Source: Candidatus Micrarchaeota archaeon
GTDB lineage: Archaea; Micrarchaeota; Micrarchaeia; Micrarchaeales; CABMGC01
Length of the DNA: 64,000 nt
Direction of reading: 5' to 3'
NCBI GenBank assembly: GCA_021811535.1
Contig: JAJZOF010000020.1
Location: forward strand, 106,894 to 170,893
A model generated the notes under the pieces. The model searched no databases, was not told the origin of the DNA, and saw only the letters and a list, made by a program, of their open reading frames with translations. The position numbers were made by a program, and so were the translations under genes. This document shows, piece after piece, positions 61,216-64,000 of the stretch. Numbering within the stretch: position 1 is the first letter of the stretch; every line of letters starts with the position of its first letter.

Positions 61216-61848
61216 TTGGTAGTGGAGAGAAAATTCATCAACGACCTTGTGATAAAGAACAACATATCGAAGTATCTGGAGAAGGCTTTTGCCAAGGCAG
61301 GCTTCTCCAGGGTCGACATACAGAAGACCCCGGTAATAACCAGGGTTACCGCATACGTTGCAAACCCGGGAAGGGCGATAGGCAGGGGCGGCGAGACTAT
61401 AGATATGGTAACGGAAGATATAAAGAAGAAGTTTGGTATAGAGAATCCGCAGATAAGCATAGCCGAGGTAAGCAACCAGCGCCTTGAGCCAAGGCTCGTC
61501 GCGAAGTACATAGCCACGTCCCTTGAGAGGGGGGTAAACGCAAGGAGACTTCTGCATACGGTAATAAAGGAGATTATGGAGAGCGGGGCTCTTGGAGCCG
61601 AGATAACCGCAAACGGAAAGCTTGCGGCTAAGGGCGCAAGGGCAAAATCGATAAAGGTCAGGTTGGGTTACCTCCCGAAAGCTGGAAACGTGGCCAGGCT
61701 TGTCGATGAGGCGAAGATCGCCTCGTATCCTAAGTATGGGGCCATAGGCGTGCAGGTGAGGATAGTGCAGCCTGATACGAAGTTCCCTGCAGGCACTACG
61801 AAGAAGATAGCCCTGCCGAAGAGCATTGCCGCTGCAACAACCAGATAA
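61216..61848 (+). CDS. rps3: 30S ribosomal protein S3 (uS3)
   Basis: The KH-domain segment RKFINDLVIKNNISKYLEKAF...GRAIGRGG. Confidence 0.9.
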   Translation: MVVERKFINDLVIKNNISKYLEKAFAKAGFSRVDIQKTPVITRVTAYVANPGRAIGRGGETIDMVTEDIKKKFGIENPQISIAEVSNQRLEPRLVAKYIATSLERGVNARRLLHTVIKEIMESGALGAEITANGKLAAKGARAKSIKVRLGYLPKAGNVARLVDEAKIASYPKYGAIGVQVRIVQPDTKFPAGTTKKIALPKSIAAATTR

Positions 61849-61857
61849 GGTATTTAT

Positions 61858-62061
61858 ATGAGAACATCGGAATTAAGATCTTTGTCAACAGAGGAGCTCG
61901 TATCCAAGCTTAAGGGCCTGAGGCTCGATATAGGGATCGAGAAGCGCAAGATAGCTGCCACAGGAGTTGCAAGCAAGAAGGTCAAGCTTAGGGAGATGCG
62001 TAGGACTGTTGCGCAGATACTTACACTGCTTAATGAGAGAGGGATGAAAACAAATGCCTGA
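61858..62061 (+). CDS. rpl29: 50S ribosomal protein L29 (uL29)
   Basis: 67 aa with ELRSLSTEELVSKLKGLRLDI. Confidence 0.85.
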   Translation: MRTSELRSLSTEELVSKLKGLRLDIGIEKRKIAATGVASKKVKLREMRRTVAQILTLLNERGMKTNA

Positions 62062-62359
62062 AATGTGCCCGAAGTGCGGATTGCCCAAGGAGATATGCGT
62101 ATGCGAGATCCTGGACAGGGAGACAAACAGGCGAATAAAGGTTTATACTGTAAAGAAGAAGTTTAGAAAGTACATGACAGTGGTTGAGGGGCTCTCCGGG
62201 GAAGAGATGGAGAAGACGGCAAAGGAGCTCAAGCGTATCCTTGCGTGCGGCGGGACATACAAGAACGGCATGATAGAGCTGCAGGGAGAGCATAAGGATG
62301 CAGCACGGAAGGCCTTGGTTGAGATGGGCTACTCGAACGAGAGCCTTGACGTATTCTGA
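62054..62359 (+). CDS. sui1: Translation initiation factor SUI1 (aSUI1/eIF1)
   Basis: N-terminal Zn knuckle CPKCGLPKEICVC, then MTVVEGLS...LKRILACGGT...IELQGEH. Confidence 0.85.
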   Translation: MPEMCPKCGLPKEICVCEILDRETNRRIKVYTVKKKFRKYMTVVEGLSGEEMEKTAKELKRILACGGTYKNGMIELQGEHKDAARKALVEMGYSNESLDVF

Positions 62360-62402
62360 GCAGCAGCATAAATTAATTAAGTTTTATAGGATAGCTGTAT
62401 TG

Positions 62403-63260
62403 ATGTTCATGCGCTGGTTGGCTATGAGACTGCTCCTGATTATGGTCTCCGCGTTTATTCTTGCTTCCGAAGTCAATGCGGCCACGTATGTAAGCATAGT
62501 AGGGCCGAGAAACGCAACGCTTTACAACAACCAGAGCATATATCTTGGCAAAGTCGGCCCTGGAGAGAGCTTCTATATCTCCGCGTCGCCAAACACGACC
62601 AATGCACAGGGGCAGTCCGTTGTGCTTGGTTGGGATACTATAGAGGCGATCTCACTGCCGGCAGGCTGGGATTCACAGAAGGCCGCGCTGTACGAGGATC
62701 CTATGAAGATGAAGGTAACGGTGCCCTCGAATGCAAAATCAGGAAAATATATGATAACCGTAAGGACAGTCAACCTTAACAACTACTCAAAGATAGGCAA
62801 CCTTACCTTTTACGCTTATGTCAACGTAACCCCTGATGTCTTCAGGCTGATAGTGACTCCGTCCTCAATAGACGTGGGGCCGGGGCAGCCTGGAGACCTG
62901 TACGTGACGATAAACAATACAGGCATATCAGACGATCCTTTCATAATAAACGCGTATGGGCTTCCTGCGTGGAACTCCTCTGATGAGGTCATCTCGCTGC
63001 ATTCCACAAGGAACTCTTTCGTGTACCCTGTCTATCTCTATGAGCCTGGAAGCTACAGGTTCAACCTCACCGTCTCCTCTGCTACAAGCCCGCTCATAAA
63101 TGAATCTTATGGAATAAACATGACAGTTAAGGAGGACCTTGCAAATGATTACCAGGCTCTTGACAAAGGGATAGCGCTCTCGCCTGTAATAGAGGAGCCA
63201 GTATATTCCTTCATATCCATTCTTGACAGTGCATACAGGTATATCTCTGCAAAGGTGTGA
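62403..63260 (+). CDS. Secreted protein with Sec-type signal peptide and many N-glycosylation sequons
   Basis: MFMRWLAMRLLLIMVSAFILASEVNA|ATYV. Contains 11 N-x-S/T sequons. I recognise no family. Confidence 0.55.
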   Translation: MFMRWLAMRLLLIMVSAFILASEVNAATYVSIVGPRNATLYNNQSIYLGKVGPGESFYISASPNTTNAQGQSVVLGWDTIEAISLPAGWDSQKAALYEDPMKMKVTVPSNAKSGKYMITVRTVNLNNYSKIGNLTFYAYVNVTPDVFRLIVTPSSIDVGPGQPGDLYVTINNTGISDDPFIINAYGLPAWNSSDEVISLHSTRNSFVYPVYLYEPGSYRFNLTVSSATSPLINESYGINMTVKEDLANDYQALDKGIALSPVIEEPVYSFISILDSAYRYISAKV

Positions 63261-63952
63261 TTATGGGTGAGAAGGGCCCTGCGAAAGCAGGTTTTGTATA
63301 TGTTAGGGCAGCTGCCATTGAGGATCTGTGCAGGTATGTTTCCCGCTTCGACTTTACTTCGGATAACCTGTTCGCCTCAGAGCTTGAAGGCAAGAGGGTG
63401 GTAATGGCCATAGGCGAGGCTTTCGAGAACAAGGTAATATGCTATTATGTCCCTTATGAGAAGAAGGCAGAGCTCATTGAGTATATGGTTCCGCAGGTAC
63501 ATGGTGAGAAGGAGGCAGCAGTTGCAGTTGAGAGGATAGAAAGGCAGCCGGCGCATTATGTGAATATAATCGATGTAGGGCTTAGGGATATAATCAGGAA
63601 GAAATTCGGGAAGGGTGAGGTTGCGCTGCTGCGTGCTGCAGGACATGAAGACATAGTGCGTGCCTTGGTGAAGAGGGGTATGAGAGACGAATATATAACG
63701 CATATTTACTCCTTTGCATATAAGGGCTTCCGAGTTATAGGGGCATTCGACATTGTTGAGGAGCTGCAGAATGGGAGAAAGGCTTTTTATTATTCGGTTT
63801 CAACCAATAATACAGACGCTGCTTTCGCAAGATACAGCTATATAGATAATCGCGTTGACTTTTCAAAGACATTCGGCGAACATAATTATATGTATGTTAA
63901 GATAATCAACCTTGCAGAACCTTTCCCGTTCTTCGATAATGTGCCCGCTTAG
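63257..63952 (+). CDS. Hypothetical cytoplasmic protein
   Basis: 231-aa ORF that overlaps the upstream stop by 4 nt. I recognise no family. Its stop overlaps the tRNA-Asn 5' end by 10 nt. Confidence 0.45.
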   Translation: MIMGEKGPAKAGFVYVRAAAIEDLCRYVSRFDFTSDNLFASELEGKRVVMAIGEAFENKVICYYVPYEKKAELIEYMVPQVHGEKEAAVAVERIERQPAHYVNIIDVGLRDIIRKKFGKGEVALLRAAGHEDIVRALVKRGMRDEYITHIYSFAYKGFRVIGAFDIVEELQNGRKAFYYSVSTNNTDAAFARYSYIDNRVDFSKTFGEHNYMYVKIINLAEPFPFFDNVPA

Positions 63953-64000
63953 CTCAGTGGTAGAGCGCCTGGCTGTTAACCAGGAAGTCGCAGGTTCAAT
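63943..64000 (+). tRNA. tRNA-Asn (GUU), 3'-truncated by the window edge
   Basis: GCCCGCT-TA-GCTC-AGTGGTA-GAGC-G-CCTGG-CTGTTAA-CCAGG-AAGTC-GCAGG-TTCAAT... Confidence 0.8.

Noticed and set aside
1-64000. I looked for CRISPR arrays, IS elements, integrases, prophage or toxin-antitoxin modules, rRNA genes and inteins (in RNR and PriS). I also looked for recoded TGA or TAG codons in conserved genes.
   Set aside because: None was found. All conserved genes read through without internal stops, the only anomaly being the start region of RNase HII. The class II RNR and GlyRS are of normal length with no intein-sized insertions.

Overview
The window is a gene-dense (about 90% coding) chromosomal segment from an archaeon. 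Archaeal markers include the r-protein string L3-L4-L23-L2-S19-L22-S3-L29-SUI1, an L21e/Rpo4/DUF655 cluster, Pelota, PriS, Dph2, Pth2, L10e and L15e. There is also an intron-containing tRNA-Tyr with a C1:G72 pair, three class-III-signal-peptide (QxxxE) pilin-like proteins, and TTTAAATA-type TATA boxes with GGTG-type Shine-Dalgarno sites. The gene content suggests a small-genome, DPANN/Micrarchaeota-like or Thermoplasmata-like heterotroph: two-subunit 2-oxoacid:ferredoxin oxidoreductases, pyruvate kinase, proline dehydrogenase, a mevalonate-pathway entry operon and a Tes-like radical SAM enzyme. Lineage cannot be fixed without a database search. I found four tRNAs (Ala, Asp, intron-containing Tyr, partial Asn). 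I found no rRNA, CRISPR array, transposase or integrase. All function calls come from reading motifs in the supplied translations, not from searches. The strongest candidates for something undescribed are listed below.
1. A polytopic-membrane-anchored tandem AAA+ (CDC48-like) ATPase lies next to an orphan NuoM-like antiporter subunit.
2. A half-size, single-repeat TBP homologue.
3. An RNase HII whose catalytic N-terminus has no canonical start codon and sits in frame behind a PRC-barrel ORF, separated by a single TAA.
4. A uppS / large D-H-motif membrane protein / polyprenol-kinase-like operon.
5. A Tes-like lipid radical-SAM enzyme with a Cys-Gly-rich metal-binding tail and a tightly linked unknown ORF.
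6. A bacterial-type NrdR repressor with tandem NrdR-box-like palindromes upstream of class II RNR.
7. A 7-gene string encoding PEP -> pyruvate -> acetyl-CoA -> HMG-CoA.
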